NCBI GenBank assembly: GCA_963783385.1
Contig: CAWANJ010000001.1
Span: 288,001 to 352,000, forward strand
From: an uncultured Gemmatimonadales bacterium
Lineage (GTDB): Bacteria; Gemmatimonadota; Gemmatimonadetes; Palauibacterales; Palauibacteraceae
Direction: 5' to 3'
Length of the DNA: 64,000 bases
Below are positions 18,613-28,030 of the stretch, piece by piece. The translations under genes and the position numbers were made by a program. Positions within the stretch are counted from its first letter, which is position 1. Every line of letters begins with the position of its first letter. The notes beneath the pieces were generated by a model. That model saw only the letters and a program-made list of their open reading frames with translations, did no database searches and was not told the DNA's origin.

Positions 18613-19539
18613 TCACGTCCACAGGATCCCCAGTCGATGCACCCCCAGACCCTCCGACTCCAGCCACCGGACGGCGCCGCCGGGCCACGGCTCCGCGGCG
18701 CCGAGCGGCAGCGCCCGGGCGGCGGCCTCCGGGTCGGCCGGACGGAGGAGGAAGGCCACCGGCGCGGACCCGAGCGCTTCCAGCCTGGCCTGCAACCGCC
18801 GCGCCGCCTCCCCCGATCCGGCCGCTCCCCGCGGCTTCGGGTGGCCGGCCGGGGCCGGGGTCCCGGAGCCACCGGGCCGGAGGGGCTCGGCCACGCATAC
18901 CGGCGTCCCCCCGAACCGGAGCAGCCGCGCGCCGAAGGCCGGCGCCTCCCGCTCGAGCGGCGCGGGCCGGCCGTAAGCCCGTTGCAGCCGCGTCGCGGCC
19001 CCGTCGGCGTCGGCGCTCAGTAGGACGATCTGTCCTATTCCGGCGACCCCGGTCGCCTCGATCCCGGCGGTGGGCCGGACGCGCCACGTGCGCGGGGTCC
19101 GGTCCTCGATCAGAAAGGGGAGCGCCGAACCGGGCTCGCCCTCCCCCGGGAAGGCCAGCTCCCAGACCGCGGTGTGGCCCTCCGGGGTCTCCCGGGACCA
19201 GGGCTCGGGCCCCCGGACCGGCACCCCGGCCGCTCGCAGCCGCTCCACCTCCTCCTCGATCGCGTCGGTGCGCACGGCCCAGGCGGCCGGTCCGGCGCCC
19301 GTCCGCAGGGCAGCGTCCCAGATCGGCGAGGCCGTCTCCGGCGCCCGTGTCGCGATCAGCTCCAGGTACGAGCCGTCCGGGAAGCCGACTACGGCCATGT
19401 GGGTGACGCCATTGGCGTGCGCGCCCCCGTACGCGCTGGGGAACCCCGCGGCGCCGAACGCGCGGCGGAGCGCCTCGAGGTCCCGTCCGGCCCAGGTGGC
19501 GTGGTCGAGCTGCAGCCGCTCGCCCGACCCCCCGCTCAC
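18613..19539 (-). CDS. VOC/glyoxalase-like protein
   Basis: LDHA, YGGAHANGVTHMA, YLELIA, LPFLIED. Confidence 0.82.
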   Translation of the reverse strand: MSGGSGERLQLDHATWAGRDLEALRRAFGAAGFPSAYGGAHANGVTHMAVVGFPDGSYLELIATRAPETASPIWDAALRTGAGPAAWAVRTDAIEEEVERLRAAGVPVRGPEPWSRETPEGHTAVWELAFPGEGEPGSALPFLIEDRTPRTWRVRPTAGIEATGVAGIGQIVLLSADADGAATRLQRAYGRPAPLEREAPAFGARLLRFGGTPVCVAEPLRPGGSGTPAPAGHPKPRGAAGSGEAARRLQARLEALGSAPVAFLLRPADPEAAARALPLGAAEPWPGGAVRWLESEGLGVHRLGILWT

Positions 19540-20510
19540 GCGGCCTCCGGCGTCGGGCCGTCGATCGCCGCCGCGTCCGCGAGGATGACGTCGATCTCGG
19601 CCAGGGTGTCCACGTCCAGCCCCAGGTCGGCCGCGGCGGCCGTCCCCTCGATGTGGGACGGCGTCCGGGCGCCGACGATGGCCACGTCCACGTCCGCGTT
19701 GGCCAGCGCCCAGGCGACCGCCAGCTGGGCCACCGTGCAGGACCGGCTCTCGGCCAGCCGGCCGAGCCGGTCCACGACCGCGACGTTCCGACGCAGCGCC
19801 TTCCCCTCGAAGATCGGACTGCGGCTCCGCCAGTCGCCCTCGGGGAGGGTCGCATCCGGTCCGTAGCTGCCGGTCAGGAGACCATGCGCGAGGACGCCGT
19901 ACGCCAGTACCCCGACCCCGTGCGCGCGGCAGTAGGGCAGCACGTGCTCCTCGATCCCGCGGCGCAGCATGCTGTACGGCGGCTGCAGCGTGTCCAGCGG
20001 GCGCACCTCCTCGAACGCCGCCATCTGCCGCTCGTCGAAGTTCGAGACACCGACGTAGCGGACGAGGCCCTCGCGCACGAAGCCGTCCAGGGCCGGGGCG
20101 GACTCGGCGAGGGGCGTGTCCGGGTCCGGCCAGTGGAGCTGGTAGAGGTCGACGTGGTCCGTGCCGAGCCGCTCCAGGCTCTCCTCCAGCCCGCGCCGGA
20201 GCCAGCCGGGGCTCGCGTCGCGGAGCAGCCGATCCCCCTCGCGGCGGAGCCCCCCCTTGGTGGCCAGCACGATCCGGTCACGGGCCCCCGCGATCTCAGG
20301 CCCCAGGGCCTCGGCCAGCAGCGTCTCCGCGGCGCCGAAGCCGTAGGCCTGCGCCGTGTCGAAGAAGTCGATCCCGAGCTCCCGGGCCCGACGCACCGCG
20401 GCGATGGCCTCGTTCCGGTCCAGGCCGCTCCACTCCCCGCCGAACTGCCAGGTGCCGAAGCAGATCCTCGAGACGTGGAGATCGGTGGCTCCCAGATGGG
20501 TGTAGCGCAT
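19536..20510 (-). CDS. Aldo/keto reductase
   Basis: FFDTAQAYGFG, LATKGG, DLYQLHWPD, GVSNF. Confidence 0.93.
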   Translation of the reverse strand: MRYTHLGATDLHVSRICFGTWQFGGEWSGLDRNEAIAAVRRARELGIDFFDTAQAYGFGAAETLLAEALGPEIAGARDRIVLATKGGLRREGDRLLRDASPGWLRRGLEESLERLGTDHVDLYQLHWPDPDTPLAESAPALDGFVREGLVRYVGVSNFDERQMAAFEEVRPLDTLQPPYSMLRRGIEEHVLPYCRAHGVGVLAYGVLAHGLLTGSYGPDATLPEGDWRSRSPIFEGKALRRNVAVVDRLGRLAESRSCTVAQLAVAWALANADVDVAIVGARTPSHIEGTAAAADLGLDVDTLAEIDVILADAAAIDGPTPEAA

Positions 20511-20534
20511 GGGGTCTCCCGGCGGCGGCTCCGC

Positions 20535-21125
20535 TCAGCTCCCTCCAGGGCGCGCCCGGAACAGCCGCAGGGTGCCCCGGGCACGGCGGCCGGCCCGTTC
20601 GATCGTGAAGCCGGCCTCCCGCACGATGCGCTCGGTGGGGCGGTTGGGGTGACAGCCGCCGGTCAGCCGGGTCCACGCCGGCTGCACGAGATCCTGGAGC
20701 CGACCCCGGAGGCGGCCCTCGTGGCGGACGTGCTCCAGCATGCGGAGCTCGCCGCCCGCGGCGAGGACGCGCTTCACCTCGGCCAGTCCCCGGCGCGGGT
20801 CGGGCACGCTGCAGAAGGCCAGGCTGCTCACGACCGCCTCGAACGAGCCGTCGGCGAAAGGAAGCGCTTCGGCGGAGGCGGCGACGAGGGGCACCGAGGG
20901 CGCGCGCTCCCGTGCCCGGCGAAGCACCACCGGATCGGGGTCCAGGGCCACGAGGCGGACCCCCCGGCCGTAGCAGGTCAGGTTGTGGCCGGTGCCGCAG
21001 CCGACCTCGAGGACGCACCCTTGCAGCCCGCCAGTCAGGACCGCCCGCCACCCGGACACGCCGAAACGCTCGGGCAGCCACATGAGCGCGTCGTACAGCC
21101 AGGGGATGTGCTCGATTCCTCGCAC
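20535..21125 (-). CDS. Class I SAM-dependent methyltransferase
   Basis: VLEVGCGTG, AEALPFADGSF, FCSVPD, LEHVR; GTG start inferred. Confidence 0.85.
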   Translation of the reverse strand: MRGIEHIPWLYDALMWLPERFGVSGWRAVLTGGLQGCVLEVGCGTGHNLTCYGRGVRLVALDPDPVVLRRARERAPSVPLVAASAEALPFADGSFEAVVSSLAFCSVPDPRRGLAEVKRVLAAGGELRMLEHVRHEGRLRGRLQDLVQPAWTRLTGGCHPNRPTERIVREAGFTIERAGRRARGTLRLFRARPGGS

Positions 21126-21223
21126 GCGATCACCAACGACCGGACGGGAACGCGGATCGTCGCACCCGGCCGCCTCGTCGGAGCGTCGACCGGGCACGGC
21201 GACCGCGTTCGGACGAGCGTTGC

Positions 21224-21409
21224 CTACTTCTTCTTTTTCGCCGGCGCCTTCTTCTTGGGAGCCGTCTTTTTCTTGGGGGCGGTCTTCTTCTTGGGCGCCG
21301 TCTTCTTCTTGGGAGCCGTCTTTTTCTTGGGGGCGGCCTTCTTCTTGGGCGCCGCCTTCTTCTTGGGAGCCGCCTTCCTGGACGTCTTCTTCGCCGCCTT
21401 CTTGGGCAT
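21224..21409 (-). CDS. 61-aa histone H1-like Lys/Ala/Pro repeat protein
   Basis: MPKKAAKKTSRK followed by seven (A/T)APKKK units; AGGAG RBS. Confidence 0.8.
   Translation of the reverse strand: MPKKAAKKTSRKAAPKKKAAPKKKAAPKKKTAPKKKTAPKKKTAPKKKTAPKKKAPAKKKK
21248..21373. repeat. 7 x 18-bp coding tandem repeat with a 54-bp super-period
   Basis: Units of CTTYTTCTTGGGnGCnGY cycle through three synonymous variants. Confidence 0.9.
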
Positions 21410-21610
21410 GGTGCTCACTCCTGGTGAGGGGTGGGAACGAACGACGGGAACCACGCCGCGAAGGCGGGCTCGACGAGCCCGTCCCCACGACGCTCCGTGG
21501 CCCGCGGGCCCGGCCGGGCGGCCGGAGCGGGGCACTCGTTCGCGCACCTCGGCGCCCGGGCCAGGGACCCGGATGCCAGGGCGGCCATGGCGGCGGCCTT
21601 CACGGAAGGC

Positions 21611-24182
21611 TCAGCCGCATTCACTGTAACCGCAGGCCAGGCATTTCACGCATCCCTCCGCGAACTGGAGGCTGGTGCCGCAGTCGGGGCAGGTGCCGAT
21701 GAAGGCGCGGGCGTTCTGCTCGTGGATCCGCTGGATGACCGGACGGCTCGCCGTCTGCGTGCCGCCGTTCGTCTTCTTGGCGTGGCCCACCTCCTGGATG
21801 GGGAGCTGCTGCTGGATGCCCTCCCGCTCCTCGAGGTAGCGCTCGATGATCTGCGCGATGGCGTCGGGGCTGGACAGCACCTTCTTCTCGCCGAAGCCCA
21901 CGGCCCGGTCCGAGGAGATGCCGCGCAGCTGCGTGTGGATCTCCCGCAGCGGCACGCCCGACCGCAGGGCCAGGCTGATGAGCCGGCCGATCGCCTCCGC
22001 ATCGGCCATGGCGGCGCCGCCCGCCTTGCCGAGGGCCACGAACACCTCGAACGGACGGCCCTTCTCGTCCTCGTTGATCGTCACGTACATGGTGCCGAGC
22101 GGCGACTCGATCTTGCGCGTACGCCCGGTGAGCACGTCGGGCCGATCGCGCACCATCGGCTGCTTTACCATGCCGCTCTCGAGCTCGGTCACGCGCTGCC
22201 GGGCCCGGTCGCGCTCCTCCACCAGGGACTCGCGCTCGTGCTCGAGCTCCTCGAGACGCTCCACCGCGCCGGCCAGCTCCGCCGCCAGTTCGGGGTCGCC
22301 GACCCGCTCGAGCGCCTCCTCCACCACGCCGGCCGCCTCCTGGACCTTTCTGGCCGTCTTGCCGGTGGAGAGGACCTGCTCGTCCCGGGAGCCGTCCCGG
22401 TAGACCGTGACGCCCTTGCAGCGCAGCCGGAAGGCGAGAAGGAAGATCTCGCGTACGTCGTCCACGGTGGCCGACTCCGAGAAGTTGCACGTCTTCGGAA
22501 TGGCGCTGTCCACGTGCTCCTGGAAGGCGGCCTGCATGCGGATGTGCTGCTCGGGCGACACGTCGTGGGCCGTGACGAACAGCTTCTGGATCGCCTCGGA
22601 CACCTCGTCGAAGTGGATGTGGCCCTCGTCGGCGATGCGCCGCACGAGATCCTCGGAGTACCACCCGCCCTCACGGGCCATGCGCACGAAGGCGGGGTTG
22701 ACGTCCGGCATGAGCGTCCCGGCCTGGTTGCGCATGAACGCCACCGCGTACAGCGGCTCGATGCCTCCCGAGCAGCCCGCGATGATCGAGATCGTTCCCG
22801 TGGGGGCGACGGTGGTCACGTTGCAGTTGCGCAGCCGACGGCAGGGGCGGATGCGCTCCCCCTCGGGACCGCGGGCGCAGGTCGCGTCCGGACCCCAGAT
22901 GGAGCGTTCCCACTCCGGGAACACCCCGCGGCGGGTGGCGAGCCGCTCGGACTCGACCTTGGCCTCCTCGTCAATGAAGGCCATGAGCTTGCGCGCCAGC
23001 TCAATGGAGGCCCCGGAGCCGTAGGAGATGCCGAGCTCCACGAGCAGGTCGGCCCAGCCCATCACGCCGAGGCCGACCCGGCGGATGCGCTGCGACAGGT
23101 CGTCGATCGCCTCGAGCGGGTAGTTGTTGGCATCGATCACGTTGTCGAGGAAGTGGGTGGCGCAGCCGCACCGTCTCGCCCAGCGCCTCCCAGTCCACCT
23201 TCCCGCCCTCGGCGAAGGCGCCCACGTTCACCGAGCCGAGGTTGCACACGTCGTAGGGCAGGAGCGGCTGCTCGCCGCACGGGTTGGTGGCCTCGTACGA
23301 GCCCAGGTGCGGGACCGGGTTGCAGCGGTTGGCCTCGTCGATCAGGAACACGCCCGGCTCACCGTTTCGCCAGGCGCCCGCCACGATGCGGTCGAACACC
23401 TCCCGGGCCCGCAAATGCTGGACGGGCTGACCCGTGCGCGGGTTGATGAGGTCGTACTCGTCGTCCGCCTCGACCGCGTCAATGAAGGCGTCCGTGATCG
23501 CCACCGAGATGTTGAAGTTCGTGATCTTGTGGCCCTCGCGCTTGCAATCGATGAACTCGAGGATGTCGGGATGGTCGACCCGCAGGATCCCCATGTTGGC
23601 GCCCCGGCGCGTGCCGCCCTGCTTCACGGCCTCGGTGGAGGCGTCATACACCTCCATGAAGCTCACCGGACCCGAAGCCACGCCCATGGTCGACTTCACC
23701 ACGTCGCCTCGGGGACGCAGGCGGCTGAAGCCGAATCCCGTTCCGCCGCCCGACTGGTGGATGAGCGCCATGTTGCGGAGCGTGTCGTAGATGCCGTCGA
23801 GCCGGTCGGGCACGGGCAGGACGAAGCAGGCCGACAGCTGTCCCAGGGGACGGCCGGCGTTCATGAGCGTGGGGCTGTTGGGCTCGAAGCGCCCGGTGGT
23901 CATGAGGTCGTAGAAGGCGCGGGCCGAGCGCTCCACCTCGTCCCGGTCGGCGCCGTAACTGGCGTCCTCGGCGGCGATGACGCGGGCCACCCGCCAGAAC
24001 ATCTCGCGGGGCTCCTCGGTGGGCTGGCCGTCCGCGTCCTTCTTCAGGTACCGGCGCGCGAGCACCGTCCGGGCGTTGTCCGTCAGGGTCGGCTCGGGAA
24101 GGTCGCTGGCGGTGGTGGTCTCGCCGATGGCCCGGGCGATGGTCTCGGGTGGGTTCATCGCTGCTCGCCCCTCTGTGCTCAT
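21611..24182 (-). CDS. nrdJ: Adenosylcobalamin-dependent class II ribonucleotide reductase with C-terminal TSCPD and Zn-ribbon; apparent +1 frameshift at ~23163
   Basis: [48 protein letters not shown] and CPDC..CLAC. Removing one base restores [18 protein letters not shown]. Confidence 0.93.
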
Positions 24183-24503
24183 GGTTCGCGGCTGTTTGCG
24201 TGCGTACGGCGGGTCGTGCCCCGGCCACCGGAGGATGCCCGGGGACCCGAGACGGAACCGGCGCTCGCGTCGGGTCCCGTCGGGCTCCCCGGAGGAGCGT
24301 GCCCGCGGGGCGGGTCCCGTCGCGAAGCGCCGGCCCGTATCGGTCGACGCGGCCTGTCTTTCGAGGCGTCCGGCCCACGTCGTGGCCCGACCCGCGGGAG
24401 GAGCCCGACGTCGGCTCCTACCACAAGTTACACCACCGTGGGCGGCTGGTCTCGCTCTATAGGAAGGGTCCGGCGGGGGCTCCCGTCACCGCATCGTCCG
24501 CAC

Positions 24504-24555
24504 TTGTCCACACCCCCGCCGGACTTGTTCACGACTTTCCACATCTTTTTCAACA
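24504..24555 (+). promoter_or_regulatory. Cluster of four co-oriented DnaA-box-like 9-mers in the nrdJ leader
   Basis: TTGTCCACA 24504, TTGTTCACG 24525, CTTTCCACA 24535 and TTTTCAACA 24547 versus TTWTNCACA. Confidence 0.6.
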
Positions 24556-24559
24556 TCCC

Positions 24560-24611
24560 CCCCAATATCTTGGGGTATCCCGAGTCTACGCCCACGACAT
24601 GTTGTGGTCAA
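24560..24611 (-). promoter_or_regulatory. nrdJ sigma70 promoter with tandem NrdR boxes (copy 2)
   Basis: CCCCAATATCTTGGGG (24560-24575) and CCACGACATGTTGTGG (24592-24607), 32 bp apart; TTGACC-N17-TAGACT; upstream of an RNR gene. Confidence 0.88.
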
Positions 24612-24767
24612 GAGGCCGACCGGCCCGAAGTGGGAGATCCGGGCGGCGGCGGGCTGTCGCGAGGTGGCCGGGCGCGTGCCGCCGGAGGAACCGCGGGAGC
24701 GGTGGGTCATGGGCCCCCTCCGCGGACCGGGGGACGGAGCCCGTGCGCCCCGTTCCGCACCGGACCA

Positions 24768-25253
24768 TCAGCGCTCGAAGAAACGCCTGTTTCGGAAGAG
24801 GTACGGAAGACACACGACGTACAGCAGGGCATAGAAGTCGAGCACCGAGGCCGGGGCTCCGCCCCACAGGGGCGCCAGAAGCTGGGCCAGGAACCCGAGC
24901 CCGAACAGGGCCGCGAACCCGACGGCGGCCCACCACGCCCACGCCCGCCAGGTGACCACGCCCCAGCCGGCGACCAGTAGCCCGCCGCCGAACAGCGCCA
25001 TGGCAATGCGCGGCACGGGGGCCGAGAGCACCCAGCCGCCGGCCCGCAGACCGAACATGCGCACGGTGCCGGGCGGCGGCCCGAACAGGGACCACGCGGA
25101 CGCGAACAGCGCCGCGAGGCCGCCCAGGGCCATGAGGGCGACCAGCAGCTTGCCCGGCCACGCGTGCACGGGGCTCCGGTCGGGATCGGGCACGGGAGGC
25201 CCCTCCCCGGCCGGCGGCCCCGGCGGAGCCGGCTCCGGTCCCGCCGGCCTCAC
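24768..25253 (-). CDS. Small membrane protein with ~4 TM segments
   Basis: Hydrophobic C-terminal part of track ORF 24768..25655; GTG overlaps the upstream TGA. Confidence 0.65.
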   Translation of the reverse strand: MRPAGPEPAPPGPPAGEGPPVPDPDRSPVHAWPGKLLVALMALGGLAALFASAWSLFGPPPGTVRMFGLRAGGWVLSAPVPRIAMALFGGGLLVAGWGVVTWRAWAWWAAVGFAALFGLGFLAQLLAPLWGGAPASVLDFYALLYVVCLPYLFRNRRFFER

Positions 25254-25777
25254 GCCTGGGTCCACCGTCCCCCGCGATGGCCCTCCTTGAGGAGCGCGTA
25301 GTGCTCGACCGTTTGCCGCATGCGCTCTCTGAGACGATCGTCCACCGTGCGGATGATCCTGGCCGGAAGTCCCACGACGAGGCTGTCCGGCGGCACCTCC
25401 ATCCCCTCGGTGACGACCGCCCCGGCGGCCACCAGCGAGCCGCTGCCGATGACGGCGCCCGACAGCACCACCGCGCCCATCCCAATGAGGCAGTCGTCCC
25501 TGATGCGGCAGCCGTGGATGATGGCGCGATGGCCGATCCCGACCCGGTCCCCGATCAGGCAGGGCATGTCCACGTCCACGTGGACCATCGTCAGGTCCTG
25601 GATGTTGGTCCGGGCGCCGACCCGGATGGGGGCAATGTCCCCCCGCAGGACGCACTGGTACCAGACGCTGGCCTCCTCGCCCAACTCCACGTCACCGATC
25701 ACGTCGGCCGAGGGGGCCACGAACGCGCTCTCCGGCACGCGGGGGCGCTCCCTCGTGGTGAGATCCTCCAGTCGCAT
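25250..25777 (-). CDS. Gamma carbonic anhydrase family (YrdA/PaaY-like) hexapeptide protein
   Basis: AFVAPSADVIGDV, VLRGD, TNIQD..MVH, GHRAIIHGC. Confidence 0.92.
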   Translation of the reverse strand: MRLEDLTTRERPRVPESAFVAPSADVIGDVELGEEASVWYQCVLRGDIAPIRVGARTNIQDLTMVHVDVDMPCLIGDRVGIGHRAIIHGCRIRDDCLIGMGAVVLSGAVIGSGSLVAAGAVVTEGMEVPPDSLVVGLPARIIRTVDDRLRERMRQTVEHYALLKEGHRGGRWTQA

Positions 25778-27855
25778 CACCTCTCCTCTCTGGATGGTTT
25801 CCGGGCGCGGGCGCGCAGGAAGGCACGCAGGCCGTCCAGCACGCCGCGCGCATAGGACTCCTGGAAGACGGCCGTGCGCAGGGCCGCCTCCTGTCTCGGC
25901 ATCATGATGAACACCCCCTCGACGAGCACCGCGGGCATCCAGCTCTGCCGCACCACGGCGAGGTCCCCCCACGCGATCCCCAGGTCCCGCAGGCCCAGGG
26001 AGCGCAGCACTCCGGCCTGCACGTCGCCCGCCAGCTCCCGGGAGGTCTCCTGATAGTAGTACGTGCTCGTCCCCGATTCCCCGAACGGCCGAACTCCATC
26101 GGGGAGCGCGTTCTGGTGCACGGACACGAACAGCTCGGCGCCGGCCGAGTCGGCCCGGCGCGCCCGCTCGTACAGTCCCACCGGCAGCGTGTCCCGTCGG
26201 ATGAGCACGGGCGTTGCGCCGGCCTCCCGGAGCAGCTCGGCGAGGCGCCGGGCCACGGTGAGGTTGGCGTCGCCCTCGTACATGCCGGTGGGGCCGTGCG
26301 CGCCGGCCGGGGGGTGCCCGGGGTCGACCGCGATCGTGCGGCCCCTCAGGGGATGGGCCGGGTCGATGCGGGGCGGCCGCCGGATCTCCAGGTGGAGCGT
26401 GCCGCCGGTGGCGATCCGGTGGGCCGGCGCGCGGACCGAGTCCGCCGCCGGCGCGTCGTCTCCGCCCTCCCACGACAGGCGCCACCCCCACACCGGCGCC
26501 GCCAGCGACAGCTCCAGCCGCCACCGGCGCCCGCTGAGCTGGTCCCAGGAGGCTCCGACGAGCAGGGGGTCGCGCGGGCCGTAGGCCAGCCGGTTGGTGC
26601 GTCCCCTGGTGTCGTACAGGGTGAGGGCGAGGCGCGAGCCCGACGTCCGCACCCGCACCGGGACCCGGTCGCCGAGCGGGATGGACACGCTGAGCTCGTC
26701 CGGCTCGGGGACGATCCGGATGTCGCCGGCCCGGGCCGAGGGGGTCGGCGTGCCCTCAGGGAAGAAGCGCGCGTCGGCCGTGTCCGTCCACGCCTCCAGG
26801 GCGGGACCGAGCCGAATCCGCAGTCGGTCGCCGAGCCGCCCATCCACGGCCGCCACGGTTCGGTCCGGGAAACGCCACAGGTAGGGCCCGGACGGCAGGG
26901 GACGGCCCACCACCACGTCGGCCCGTCCGTTCACGGTGTCCGGCGCCTCGATCAGCTCCGCGACGGGCGGCGCGGCGGGATCCACCAGGCGCAGCGGGTA
27001 GCGGGCCGAGGCCCGGGCGGTGTCTCCCGCCGCCACCAGCTCCACCCCGTAGGCGATGCTGTCCAGCGGCGCCGACCCGAGCGTGGGCGCCTTCCCCACG
27101 GCCCGCGTCGCTCCGGGGACGGCCGCCGTGTCCTCCACGCCCTCCTCGCGGTCGCGGCCGGCCGGGTTCGCGCCCGGCCCCGCCGCCGTATCCGGGCCCG
27201 TGGCCCGGCCGGCGGCGTACACCTCCCGGGCCGGGATCCTGAGCTCGTACCGGCCCGGCGACACCTCGCGCATCCGGTAGCGTCGCCGGCCGGACGACAG
27301 CCAGGCTTCGTCACCCGGGGCGCCGCGCACCGACAGGAGGAGCTCCTCGTCCGGACGAGCCCAGCGCTCCGGCCGATCCCGGAGCGCGGCCGTGTCGATC
27401 CAGGCAGCCCCCTCTCCGCGGTACGGCCGTGCTGGCAGGAGGATCGGCCAGCGGAGGGTGTCGGCCCGCCCTTCCCCCCGGGCCACCAGGACATACTCCG
27501 CCGTGTCGCCCGCCACCGTGTCCGGCACCGGGAGCCACGCCAGGAAGGCGCCGTTCGGCTCGACGCTCACGGGGATCCCGTCGATCGTGAGACCGGCGTC
27601 CCCGGTGCCGGTCGTCCCGAGCAGGAAGTTGGAGTCCCGTACGGCGATGCGTGCCAGCGAGTCCGGATAGACTACGCGGAGGGCGACGGGGCCGGTGACG
27701 CGGGGGACCGGCGGCAACGCTCCCCGCGCGGCCGCCGGCCCGGTCCCGGCCGACCCCGGTCCGCCACCGGATGCGCACGCGGCACCCACCCAGGCCGCCG
27801 CCACGCACGTCCACGCCAGGATCGCGGCCCGGCTCCTCGTCTCATCCGGCCTCAC
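25777..27855 (-). CDS. Lipoprotein N-acetylmuramoyl-L-alanine amidase (Amidase_3)
   Basis: IAVDPGH, EGDANL, FVSVHQNA, PAVLVE; lipobox GAAC after GTG 27855. Confidence 0.9.
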   Translation of the reverse strand: MRPDETRSRAAILAWTCVAAAWVGAACASGGGPGSAGTGPAAARGALPPVPRVTGPVALRVVYPDSLARIAVRDSNFLLGTTGTGDAGLTIDGIPVSVEPNGAFLAWLPVPDTVAGDTAEYVLVARGEGRADTLRWPILLPARPYRGEGAAWIDTAALRDRPERWARPDEELLLSVRGAPGDEAWLSSGRRRYRMREVSPGRYELRIPAREVYAAGRATGPDTAAGPGANPAGRDREEGVEDTAAVPGATRAVGKAPTLGSAPLDSIAYGVELVAAGDTARASARYPLRLVDPAAPPVAELIEAPDTVNGRADVVVGRPLPSGPYLWRFPDRTVAAVDGRLGDRLRIRLGPALEAWTDTADARFFPEGTPTPSARAGDIRIVPEPDELSVSIPLGDRVPVRVRTSGSRLALTLYDTRGRTNRLAYGPRDPLLVGASWDQLSGRRWRLELSLAAPVWGWRLSWEGGDDAPAADSVRAPAHRIATGGTLHLEIRRPPRIDPAHPLRGRTIAVDPGHPPAGAHGPTGMYEGDANLTVARRLAELLREAGATPVLIRRDTLPVGLYERARRADSAGAELFVSVHQNALPDGVRPFGESGTSTYYYQETSRELAGDVQAGVLRSLGLRDLGIAWGDLAVVRQSWMPAVLVEGVFIMMPRQEAALRTAVFQESYARGVLDGLRAFLRARARKPSREER

Positions 27856-28030
27856 GCCGTCCTCCCCTCGCCAATAGCCCGCGCTCCCGGCCTCACGCCC
27901 CGACCTCCTCCGTCCCGGTGGCTGCGTCCGCGCTCGCCCGGGCGCGCAGCCACCACAGCCCGACCAATCCCGCCATCGCCACGGCCGCCGTAGAGCGCAT
28001 CCCGGTCGGCTCGGCGTTCGCCCCCACCTC

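Noticed and set aside
21248-21373. Possible CRISPR array
   Set aside because: The 18-bp units are contiguous with no spacers, encode xAPKKK, and no cas genes are present.
21611-24182. Naturally split NrdJa/NrdJb, or an intein/intron in nrdJ
   Set aside because: The break is inside the catalytic barrel, is repaired by removing one base and has no inserted sequence. Known splits separate the C-terminal domain instead.
24183-24503. Cobalamin riboswitch upstream of B12-dependent nrdJ
   Set aside because: I could not find the conserved GGGAA / GCCCCCGCAACTGT / GCCACTG / AGYCAGRAGACC elements on the minus strand.
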